Shown: in pieces, positions 35,901-47,900 of the stretch
Layout: the number at the start of each line of letters is the position of its first letter
Position numbering within the stretch: the stretch's first letter is position 1
Assembly (NCBI GenBank): GCA_013265495.1
Contig: MU057801.1
Coordinates: forward strand, 1,171,879 to 1,235,878
From: Vicugna vicugna
Lineage: Eukaryota
DNA: 64,000 bases
Direction of reading: 5' to 3'
The notes under the pieces: generated by a model
What the model was told of the DNA's origin: nothing
Seen by the model: only the letters and a program-made list of their open reading frames with translations
Database searches by the model: none
Made by a program: the position numbers and the translations under genes

Positions 35901-38900
35901 CTGAGATGCTTGGTCCAGATTTGAGCTCTCGGGATCGCCTGTCTGTCACAGAAGGACTGTTTAGACTTACTACTTAGCTTCTATGTTTTAGTGTATTATT
36001 TTTGTAAGACCAGCCGATTCAAAACAGTGCACGGATCTCGTGCACGTGTTTGGAACGGCACACGTGAGTGTGAAATACGCGTCCCCAGGCGCCCCGCGCG
36101 AAGATGAACCAGCAGCGCTCTCGGAGGTTCCGCGCGTCCAAAGAGGGAACGGAGGCGGCGGCGGAGAAGCAGCGCGTCCGGGAGGAAATACTGGCAAGAG
36201 GTAGAGTGTGCGTCTCCGAGTCGGACTTCTTACAAGATGTGTGCGGAAGGGGTAGGGGGCAGCTTCCCCCCACAGATAGCTAAGATTTTAATTTAATCAG
36301 GATCCCAGGATACCCAAGGAAAATTTATATCCACTGTTGAGGAAAAGTAGTTAACAGAATCCTTTATTCTGTTAATAAGCTTGTTCATTTCCAAACGCTG
36401 TAGTGATAGGGAAACTGGGGAATAGAGAGAAGGAACCCCTGCGGGGAGCGCAGACTGTCAGGGTCGTTGAAGGCGAGAGCAGCTCTCAGCTGACTTCCCT
36501 GTGTCTGCAAAGTGCAAGTACGTGAGTGCTTCTGACTCCCTTTTCCTCTGGGTCTGTTAAAGAGCTACAGTTCCGTGAACATTGTCCTCAGATCAGTGTG
36601 GGTGGCTTGCTCAGTGCTGCTCCTTAGAACCCAGGACTTGCCAAGGAGGCCTGGGGCGAGGGGACCGTGTTTCCGGGCTCTCCCCTGGCCCTGCACATCT
36701 CAGTGCAGGCTGGGGCAGCAGGTAGGGAGGGCCCCGCGTCCCTTCAGTTTCGGGAGGGGGCTGTGGAGTGGAACGTGGTCATCTTTGCAGTTCCTCAGAG
36801 CCTGGGAATTCCTGAGGGTACAGAGGGAGGAGCTGTCCTCAGAGGAGGACTGCCAGGCCCCCGACGCCCGCGGCACTGCTGCTCACCAGAGGCCTGTGTG
36901 CCAGGCGGGGCCCGGCCAGCGGGGTGCGTGCGTGGTGTTCTGTTCAGGAGGCAAAATGGTAGACCAGGGAAGAAAGCCACAGTTTATTGGTTCAGGATGT
37001 TGCGTTCAGCAGGTGGAAAAAGAGCGCCCAAGCCTGTCGTGACAGTCCCTTTGGTGTCACTTCAGCTTTGCTGGGGGTGCGCTGGTCTCTGCGCTTCAGC
37101 TGCAGCTTGTTAATACTCTCAAACCTGTGTGTATTTGTAACAGAATTGAAAGCTATCTTTCTTAAGATGTTAAGAGATACGTTTGTGTCTTGAGAAAAAG
37201 CTCATCAGTGATAGAGGAAGAAGTAGGATTTTAAATTCCCTCTAGCTGGTGGTGTCATTTCTTAGCATATAAAGCCGTGATAAACTCTGCATATTAATTT
37301 TGTTTTCCTAAGACCCCTTTATCTTAAGAACTGTTAGCAGTATTAGAACCCCTAGTGTGTGTGTGTGTGTGTGCGCATGCGTGCGTGCGCGTGCTGCTTC
37401 AGGGGCATTAGGAAGAACATAATTTTTGTTTTTATAACACAGTATGTATCTTTTGTGTACCATATGTTGTTTGGCAGTCATGTTAAATCTTACTTTAAAT
37501 TTGAGGGAAGGAATCTTCCTTTCTTCAAAAAAGGGCAACGTTGTTCCTCAGGTGACAGCACTTCTCTTTCTTTTTTATTTGAACTTTTTGTTTTGTTGTT
37601 CTGGCCTAATACTGACTAACTTACTTCACTTTTTATGAGGAAAACAGAGCATTGTTCCTTTTTCTCTAGGTGGCTTTCTTCCTCCAGAAGAAATAAAAGA
37701 GAGGTTTGACAGCAACTGTATTACCCCAGTAAGTGGTCTCATACTTTGCTGGCTATTGCTAACTCTTAAACGGTAGGTTAATTTATTTCCTTCTGTCATT
37801 TTAGGGAACTGAGTTCATGGACAATCTTGCTAAATGCCTTCGCTATTACATAGCTGATCGTTTAAATAATGACCCTGGGTGGAAAAATTTGACGGTAAGT
37901 TTCGCATTTTGGTACTCCAGAAAGATGAGGGGGATGATTTGAGGCTGCACTTTGATATGTCTGGTTTTATTTGTCCTTTTCCCCCGTAAAATGCTGGTTG
38001 ACTGAGGACAGAGAAGCTTCCAGGGCTGTTAGGAATGGGGTGGGTGCCCTGCGTGGTCCAGGAGTAGGCAGCTGAGCTTTGTCTCTGTGCCAGTTACCAT
38101 CACTGTGAAGCCGTAAAGTGGGACTTGGGATTTAAAATATATGTATGTGAGATTAATTTCTGTTACCAGAAATCAGAATACAGCAAAATTAGTCATGGGG
38201 CTGCCTTTAAAGAATAGCTGTTTCCTAAGTATTTAAGTAAGATTTAAGGCAACTTTTATGTAATTTGAGGTTCATGAGCTTGTTTCCCTATTAATTGGGC
38301 ACAGCACCTTGTATTTCATGGGCGCTCTCGGGGCTTTTGTAGCTCTGCGCTGTGTACTCGAGCAGCAGCGGAAACAGTGGGAACTTGGGAGAAACTGATC
38401 TATTTTTCTAACGGCTCAGTTTGACCTAAAGATTTCATGTTTTTAATATTCCATGTAGTAAATTAACCAGTGAAATAGTTTTGATGTCTAATACATAAAC
38501 ACCTTACTAAGAAAAATTTCCAGTTAGTAACACTCTATTAATAGAATTATCCCAATTTAAGATACTCAGTTCTATTGATTTTTGTGCTAGAAAATTTGAG
38601 GCGGCTGAAAATTTTTTTTGCTTTTTGTAGGTTATTTTATCTGATGCTAGTGTCCCTGGTGAAGGGGAACATAAAATCATGGATTACATTAGAAGACAAA
38701 GAGGTAAAGCACGCTTGTAAATGTTTGATTATATGTTCACTTGAAAAAACAAGCCGTTGTGTAGAAAATACTTGGTGATATGGGATACCGCCTGTGGGGT
38801 GAAGTGCACTGATGTAACTGCGTGTCTTCCCTCCTCAGCCCAGCCCAACCACGACCCAAACACTCACCACTGCCTGTGTGGAGCTGACGGTAAGCTGCTT

Positions 38901-41900
38901 CTCTGGGGTCTGAGTCTCTTGGATTGAAACATAGCAAGTCGATGGGTGGGTGTATAGTGATGGATTATTTGTGGTTGCCTGGAAATTCTAAAAATTTTCT
39001 GTTTGAGAGGGAACTAGAATGGAGTTGTTTAATCTGTGATTAATGTTCACTTATCTTTAATTTTTTTTTTTAACATTTTTCACCCTCTTCGTATGATTGC
39101 ATATGTCTTTTAAGTGGAAAATTTCCAGATGCTTGGCTCTCGAGTGGCAGTCTGTGTCCTAGGCCCGCGTATCTGGAGGCTGCCCTGTTTCCTGCTAGGG
39201 AGCCTGCAGGCTTTGCGGCTGTGCTGCCTCTGCTCTTGTGCCCGTCTGGGCTTGTCTGCGCTGGTGCCTCGCGTTGCGGTGATGTCTTGCTTTGTCGCAG
39301 TCGGGGCCTTCTGAACGTTCCCACTGTCACGCGTGGTGGTGTTGTTGACAGCTGACCTCATTATGCTCGGCCTTGCTACACATGAGCCCAACTTTACCAT
39401 CATCAGAGAAGAGTTCAAACCGAACAAGCCCAAACCGTGCGGGCTCTGTAATCAGCTGGGGCACGAGGTGAAGGACTGTGAAGGTTTGCCAAGAGAAAAG
39501 AAGGGGAAGGTAAGAACTTTGAGATGCCAGTAGCCTCATTTAAATTTTTTTAAATTTTATTTTTTACTGTGATAAAATAAACGTAACAGAAAACATACCA
39601 TTTCAACCATGTGTAAGTATACAGGTCAGTGGCGTTAGGTATATTCAGGTGCCTCATTTTAAGAATGGCTGGAGCGGAGACCGTGGTTGATTGGGTTTTT
39701 GCCTGCTTGCCCTGTCACCCTGACAGAGGTGGTCTTCCTCAGCTCTTAGAGTAACACGTTCAGAGCCACGGCGCACTCGCTCCTGCTCTCCACGGTCTCT
39801 CACCCAGCTTGTCTCCACGTGAGGCTGAGGTCTCGTGGCTAATAAAGCCCACTGCACACGATTTGTTGGTAGAAGTATTTATCTCCAGTGGTTATTCTTA
39901 AAAGGAACTATGAATCAAATATTTTAAACTTCTTGGTGCTTCTAAGTTACTCCTAGTTGCTATATATTTGGGGTTCACTTGATCACCATCCATTCTCTTA
40001 AAGGGGTTTCTGTTTTAAGAATATGGTGCCTCATTAAAAGGCATGTTGAGTGAGAAAAGCAGCTGATAAGTATACACGTTGACAGAGAACGTGAGGTGTT
40101 CATCAGAATGTCGGTACTGGGTGGGTGAGGGTCGAGTTCACAACACAGCCCTCTAGATTTGGCCTCTGAGCTAAGGTTTTTTGTTTTTAAAGGGTTGTAA
40201 AAACAAAATAAAACATGAAAAAATATGCAACAGAGACCGTAAATGTCCCTCCAGGCCAAAATATTTAGTGTCTGGCCCTTTACAAAAAAACATTTCCGAC
40301 CCCTCGCCTGGGTGTGTTTCAGATTATGAGTGATTTTTATTTTTCAAATGGTTTGGTGAGTTCTTTTTTTAGTTAATACTTGTAACGTTAAGCGGGTCTG
40401 TCTTTAGAAAAGCCGCAGTATTTGCTCGGTTGGCGAGAATGCAGGGCTCAGAGTAGATGGGCTGAGTCTTTCCCCCCTCCCTGCAGCACGATGAGCTTGC
40501 AGACAGTCTTCCTTGTGCAGAGGGCGAGTTCATCTTCCTCCGGCTCAGTGTGCTCCGCGAGGTACGTAGCCGTGGCCCGAGCCTGGGGCTCGAAGGTGGG
40601 GTGCCCCTTGGCAGCCGTAACGCGGCGCCCCTTGTCGGTTGTAGTACTTGGAGAGAGAGCTCACCATGGCCAGCCTGCCGTTCACGTTCGACGTGGAGAG
40701 GAGCATCGACGACTGGGTCTTCATGTGCTTCTTTGTGGGGAACGACTTCCTTCCTCACCTGCCGTCCCTGGAGATCAGGTGTGTGCGCGCGCGCGGAGGT
40801 CCCCCGCCGCCCTCGCAGCCTTCCCGCCTTCGCAGTGCACGCTGGTCCTAATGCGGAATGTTTGTTTCCTGGCGGCAGGGAAGGTGCAATTGACCGTTTG
40901 GTTAACATTTACAAAACTGTGGTACACAAAACTGGGGTAAGTTCACTCTTGAATAATTTCAAAACAGAAGTATTTGCTTGTAAAAGGAGATCATTTTACA
41001 TGTATTTTATCACTTACAGGGTTACCTTACAGAAAGTGGTTATGTCAATCTGCAGAGAGTACAGATGATCATGTTAGCAGTTGGTGAAGTTGAGGATAGC
41101 ATTTTTAAAAAGAGAAAGGATGATGAGGTAAAGTGTTTCTCTTGCAGTAGCTCAATTGCTCCTGTCTCTAATAGGCTATGATGACCTGTGATTGTCCTTT
41201 TAACCTCTCTGAGCGCGCTGTTAAATCATTACAGTGTATCAAACACCAAGGTGATCACGAGTGGCCAGTGCTTTGACTGTGGTATAAAGGTTGTGCTGCT
41301 TGCTGTGTGGAGCTGTGTATTGCACACTATGAGGGTTGCATTGTAATTTTTTCTCTTCTTACTCTTAACTAAGATGTAAATCCAAACATCTGTCTAATCA
41401 GTGGGACATGAAATGAGAATTCCACAGCTAGAAGAGTGCTGGACTTGAACTAGTGGCTGCCGAGTGCTGTAGGCAGTGTTTCTGCTCTGGATCTAGGAGC
41501 TCTGTACTCTGGTAGCAGAGTGGATGGGGTCTGGGTTGGATTGCATCCGCCAAAGCGGAGACTTACAGCTGTAAGAAATGTAGGCTTAAAAAAGGAAATA
41601 AAATCACAAAGCACTTGGGAATTGGCTTCATATGATCGGGTGAGGGCTCAGGTGAGGAGCCCAGGTCTCCGGCTTGGGCAGTGGGGAGGTTGTGGTGCCG
41701 TTCACTGAAATAGCAGGTCCCCCTCATCTACCCAGGAGAGCAGGATGGGATGGGGATGAGAAGAGATACTGAGTTTGAGGGGCCACTGGACACCTGAGAG
41801 GAGGGCAGTCCGTGGACCAGTTGGATGGGTGCATGTAGAGCGCTTGGCAGCAGACTCTGAAAGGAAATGTGAGAACCACTAGCAGAGGGGAGACACCTCA

Positions 41901-44900
41901 CTGTGAGAGTGAACTTGAACTCCCTGGGAGTGTGCATGGAATGAAATGCCTCCCGCGGGGCCCTCAGGAGTGCGGGCGCTTTGGGAGAAGGTGGGATCTG
42001 TCCCAGGGAGCTGGGAGGAGCCCCCAGAGCGGGGCGCTGGTGCTGCCCAAGGCGTCAGAGCGCGATGGACAGGCCCCTCGTCCTCGGCCAGGGCTGGGGC
42101 ACCCCGGGAGCCAAGGGTGGAGGGGCAGCTCCGGGAGGCAGAGTGGGTTGGAGGGTGACTATGGGGGAGTGGAAGGGAGGCGAGCGGTGGGTAAAATGAG
42201 CAGAAAGGAAGTGAAGGAATTACCCTCAGAGACTGATTTTCTAAGTCATGTGGCTGTTGAGCGGTAGTAACGTACCAGCACGGCTGCATTGCTCCATGGT
42301 CTCCCGGCTGAGCGAGGATGTGCTGTATCTGACAGGAGTGTCTGTCCCTCAGCTCTGCGGCCTGGGGCTGGCGTCCTCCGCTGTGGAACTCTGGGTACCC
42401 CTTTGCAGAGCAGAGGGAGGTGTGCTTTCAGAGCCTTGGGTGCTTGGCAGGCTTCACATGTAAAATTCAAAAAACAGACCTCGCTTGGTCTGGGGTATCG
42501 CATGTCTGCCGGAACGGCCGTTTTTAACTAATTCTGCACCAGGCACAGTGGCTCCACTTGACCTGCTGCCGTTGATGCTTAAGAAAAAGCTGTACCTGCC
42601 ATGTGCTACTCGGCGCACAAACGTCATGCCAGGAAAGTCCTTCTACGTGGCTTCAGCGGGCTCCGTCCTATTAAATATCGGTGTTTGGTGTTGGGGGGGA
42701 TGTGTGACCCTGGATAGATACCACGGTGCTCTAGGGTTAAGTATGTGATTCGTTTTCCCGCTGGCCTGGCAGAGAGGACATTTCACAGCTTTGGGTCTTT
42801 TTGGCGTCCGTGACATTGTGTGACGTCTGTCAGTGTGGTTGAGTACTGGGGAAAATTTATGACCCCTCAGAGATTCAGTATAAATAAGTATTTGGGTGCA
42901 TGTGTTTTCCTGGAAAGTGTGTCTACGGCTTTTGAGAGATTTCCAGAGGAGTTCATAGGACAGAAAAGGACTGAACACGAGTAGGATCTGTGTGCGGTGG
43001 GCCTGCTCTGCTTGTGTGACTGCCTCCCTGAGAGACAGCGGGCCAGAGAGGAGACCGGGGCTACATCTGTGCTCGCTCTGAGGCTGGGCGGTTAGGTCGG
43101 CGCGATGCTTGTTACTCCGTGAGCTTTGGTGTTTGCCTTTCTTCTTGCAGATGTTGTTTATTTGGCAAATCCTTATTAAGTGCTTACCATGTGCCAGGTA
43201 GTATTCTGAATGTTACCGATACAGCAAAAATCAAAAGGACAAAAAAAACAGACGAAAGTTCTGACCGCGTAGAGCTGGCGTTCTCCGGGGGAGATGGACA
43301 GTAAACCCAGAAACGAAGTGAACTGTGTCATGTGTTTGAGAGTGATAGGTGGGGGGAGGGCACAGCTCCGTGGTAGAGGGCTTGCCCAGCACGCACGGGG
43401 CCCTGGGTTCAATCCCCAGTACCTCTGTTCTATGTAAACAAACCTAATTACCTCCCCCCTCCAAAAAATGAAAAAATAAAGCAGATGAGGAAGCGTCTGG
43501 GAAGGCAGGGTGGGAAGGCTGCCGTCCTAGAAGAGGCGACTGGAGAAGGCTTTGCTGACAGACGGCTTAGAACCAAGAGCTAAGGACGTGAGGGGTCAGC
43601 CATGCAGGAGGGGCATCCCAGACAGAGGGAACCGCTGTGACAGGGCACGAGCACACACGGGTGTCCATAGAACGGAGGGGCCAGTGTGGGGGGGGCAGGA
43701 GAAGAGGTTGGAAAGAAGGCAGAGGCCGAGCTGAGAGATCCCTGTAGGTCGTTAACAGGACTTCAGCTCTCAGTCTACATCTTGTAACCATAAACGTGAT
43801 AGAGGTGTGATACGTACTGTACAGCGATCCCTCTGGCTGCTGTGTGGAGGCAGCCAGCCCATCGGAGCCAGCATGGCGGCAGTGAAGAAGGTAACAGGTG
43901 GCAGGATTCTGAGCATGTTTTGAAGCTGGAACCAGCAGGTGTGGCTAACGGATTAATCCTCGATGTGAGACAAGAGGTGTCAGGAATGACCCAAGCATTT
44001 TTCTGAGCAGCTGTGATGGGAAGCCTGGGAGGGGCAGCACTGGGGGTGGGGATTCCACTTTGGACGTGTTCCGTTTGAGACACCCAGGTTGGGCGATGAG
44101 TGGGCAGAGGTCCTGGTAGGAGAGTCGTCAGCAGGTAGATGGTGTTTAAAGCCCCGAGACTGGATGATTACTTCCGTGAGAGCACAGAAGTGGAGAGGGC
44201 CAAGTGTCGGGCCCAGAGAGCCACCAGCACGAAGAGGCTGGGGAGCTGCGTGGAGACGCAGCAGGATGAGAGAGGAGGGCAGGTGAGTGCAGGGTCCTGG
44301 CGGCCAGGAAGGGAGGGCCGTGGTCAGATAGGAGAAGTTTCCTTAATGGTGGGGCAGAGGCTTGATTAGGGAAATGGGCGGTGTTCACGTCTCAGGAGGT
44401 TTTAGGGCAGCCGGTCACCACGTGTTGGGGTGCAGCTCTGGTTCAGAATTCCGTTGCAGGTGGTGGCTCTGGCACAGAGGGGTGGCAGTGCAGCGAGTAG
44501 GGTGACCACCCCAGCTGTCACTTCAGTGCTTTCTGAGGTAAAGGAGGCCTTTGAGTGACCCAGTATGTGGGGAGCAAGATCAGCCCTAAATCCTGCCTGG
44601 TTGAAACCATGGCTGCATTTTGAAAACGAGTGCAGGGGCCTGGCCCCTTTCCTGTGGGCCAGCTCAGCCCGGAATAAGCAGTGCAGACACCTGTGTTGTC
44701 TTCCTGTCTTTGATCGACATCCTGGACTTGGCGGGGTAGGATTTGCGTAGCGCCCCACTGCTCTCCAGCCGCTGTGCCATACGTGTCTCAGGGTTAGGAC
44801 CTGTCAAGCCTCATTATTAAGTTGCTTTGTTGACTCTCTTCAGTGGTCATCTTGATGATTAGCTGTATTCAGTTACAACTTAAGAGACTTGTTTTCTTAT

Positions 44901-47900
44901 GTGTGTCTTCTCCACATCGGCAGCCTATTCACTCCAGCGTGAAACCAGGGGTCTTTGTCATGACTCTTGCATTCTTTCCTGAAACGGTGTGAAAAACAAT
45001 CTGAAAAAAAAAATTAAGAGGAAAAATTTAAATTGTATCTAAACTCAGTCTAGAACGCTCTCTGTCCATCCAGAGTTCTGCTCTGCAGCACTTAGAGCGC
45101 ACGTTCCATTGCCTAGTTTAATTGTGTGCCTTGGTTTCTGGGGTCTTCCTTTAAAACTTTAATTGTCTCCTGAATCATTCCTGGTAATGTTTAACTCTTA
45201 CATTTTTGTGTAATTATTTGACAGAATATGTGGATTTTATACTTTTAGGACAGTTTTAGAAGACGACAGAAAGAAAAAAGAAAGAGAATGAAGGTGAGTT
45301 TTCCCGAATTCCACAAGACTGGCAGTGGTGTTAAGTTCACAGCTGGGGAGGAGGATGTTCATTACTGAGCTTTTTATTCCTTTCCCGGGAGGGGTTGGTT
45401 AGGGACTTAGTCCCCACCCAGCTGCCTTCTTACCTGGTATTGACTTTAAAGAGATCCTTATTTATTGCCACTGTCCTACAAGCCATAGGGAGTCTGCAGG
45501 AAACACTCGGTAGGCAGGAGCGGGCAGGTGACACTCAGCTGTCTGAGGTTTTACAAGAGTCAGGTGTTGTTTTTGTGGTAAGAACAGTCGACCCTTGTGT
45601 CCCCTTGCAAGCCTGTATTGTCAGGCTCATCTTCCTAGAACAAGATATCAGAGCCCTGTTGTTTCTCTGCTTGGAAGTCACCAGTGACCCTTGGTGTGGC
45701 TGCTGTGCGCACTGAGGTCTGGTCGGGCCCTGGCCGCCAGCTCCCCCTGCTCTCTTCTCAGCGCACCCCGTCCCTCCTGACTTGGAGCCTTGCCTCCCGT
45801 TGGCCCCTCCAGAAGGTGCCTGCTCCGGACCCCGCACACCTTGTCGTCTCCCCGGCCTCCCTTGCTGCTTCTGCTTGTAGGCTAGGTTGAGCAGTCCTTC
45901 CCTTTATCTCTAGCGATTCTTGTCTTCCTTGTTGAATTTTAAACTCATGCAGTTGAGAGACTGCCTTTTATTCTCCTCTTTCATGGGGTTTGAGCAGTTT
46001 CAGGAGCCCAGAAAGGAGAAGAGTAGAGTTACTTGTTGTTGCAGGACGGTTCCAAGCCGCTTAGATTGGGAGGAACGTATTTGGTTTCTTCTTTATGTAT
46101 TTTTTACTTTCTTTTCAGTTAGTTTTTTTATTGAGACATAGTTCATGTAGCAGTACATGTTTCAGGTGGACGACAGTGATTCACAATTTTTAAAGGTTAT
46201 ATACCATTTATGGTTAGTATAAAATGCTGGTTATATTCCCTGTGTTGTACAGTATATCCTTGCAGCTTATTTATTTTATATGTAGTACCAGATATTATTT
46301 TGTGTCAGTAGCTATCAGTCAGCCACAGCTGTCACCTACTATAGCTGTAATCATATCTCTAATTGGCAGTAAAGAGTTAAATTCTAGCAAGGTGAAGGGT
46401 TAATAGAAGCTGTATTTCCTACGGAGAAATCAAACTCCTGACTTTTTTTTAACCATTAAGGTAAATGTTATATTTGTGTTATTATTTGTTATTTTTATTT
46501 GCCTAAAATCATGTCTTGAACGTGTTAGGAAATTGTAGGTAAACCCAGCAGAACAGCCTAGTGAGGCTTGAACACTTCCTGCGTGGAACTGAAAGTAGCT
46601 GGCACTCAGTCTGTGCAGTCGCAGCAGAACGGGCGCCACGTGTTCCCTTGGGGCAGGGTTACTGCTGCAGACTTGTTTGCAGGGCAGGTCGCCTTCGTGT
46701 CAGACGTGGATGACCCCGTGATGCTGGCAGAAACCCGTTCTGCCCTTGAAGTGCCCACAGTGGGGACCATTCCCACTGCCCTTGTTTCTGCCTGTCCTCT
46801 AACTGTGTTGTGATTTAATTTCTACATTCGTTTATTTCCGTTTGTGTTAGAGAGATCAGCCGTCTTTCTCCCCTGGTGGAATATTAACTCCTCACGCCCT
46901 GGGTTCGAGAGGTTCACTAGGATCTCAAGTGGCCAGTAACCCGAGACAAGCAGCCTATGAAATGAGGATGCAGAACAGCTCCGTAAGTGACTCGCCTCCG
47001 TGCACACGGAGGGTGGGGACTGTTGCATGCCCCTGCCGCTGTGTGTGAGGTAATCCCTTAGCCTGGAGTGGTTCTGTTTTGTAGTTTTTCTCAACTTCCT
47101 TTGCCTTGAGATGATGTTAATTCTCTTAAATCCATCTTTATCAATATGATAACACCTAAGTGACGTGGAAGAGAAGAGCGTGCGCATGAGCATAGACAGC
47201 CCCATAGCTGCGCATGCCTGTGACACGGCCGGGCCACGGCGCCCCCTCTGCCCAAAGGCACGGCGGCAACGGCGCCGGGAGCACGGGGGAAGGCCGGCTG
47301 CCTCTGCGTGGGACCCGAGAGGAGGGCCTGCCTTGCCTTCCAGGGCTCGGTTCCGGGCCTTCTGCAGAACAGTATTCCTCAGTCTGTTCAGTACAGGTCT
47401 CCTCTCCGCCTGAACCCTCGCCAGCCCAGTCAGCGGACAGAGCGAGGGGGTTTCAGGGCCACTCTCACCGCCCAGGCTCTGATTGCTCCCTGTTTGTAAA
47501 CCCCCTGCATGTCAACTGAATGGATGTGCCTCATGGTACCCCTCTTCGTCTGAATTTGTCGTCCAAACTGCAGAAGCAGGTGGTCCCAGCCAGCGAGGCT
47601 GTGCTGTCTACTAGCTCCCTGTTGTGCTGATGAGATCAGGAGCTCCAGGCCCGCGGCAGGTCGGCGAGCAGGGGTGCGGGAACTACCGCACAGGCCACAG
47701 GGAGTCATAGCCGTTGCTCACTTCAGGCTAGTAAGCGTGAGAGGGAGTTCTGTAGGGGGAGGAGAAGATGCTGTGTGCAGTTTTCCTGTGGTACACCCGA
47801 GGAAACGGCATAGATTCGGACACTGAAGTTTTGCTTTTCTAGTAGTTATCCTGCTGATGCTCGCATCCCTTATTACAGGGCAATCCCATATGTGAGATTT

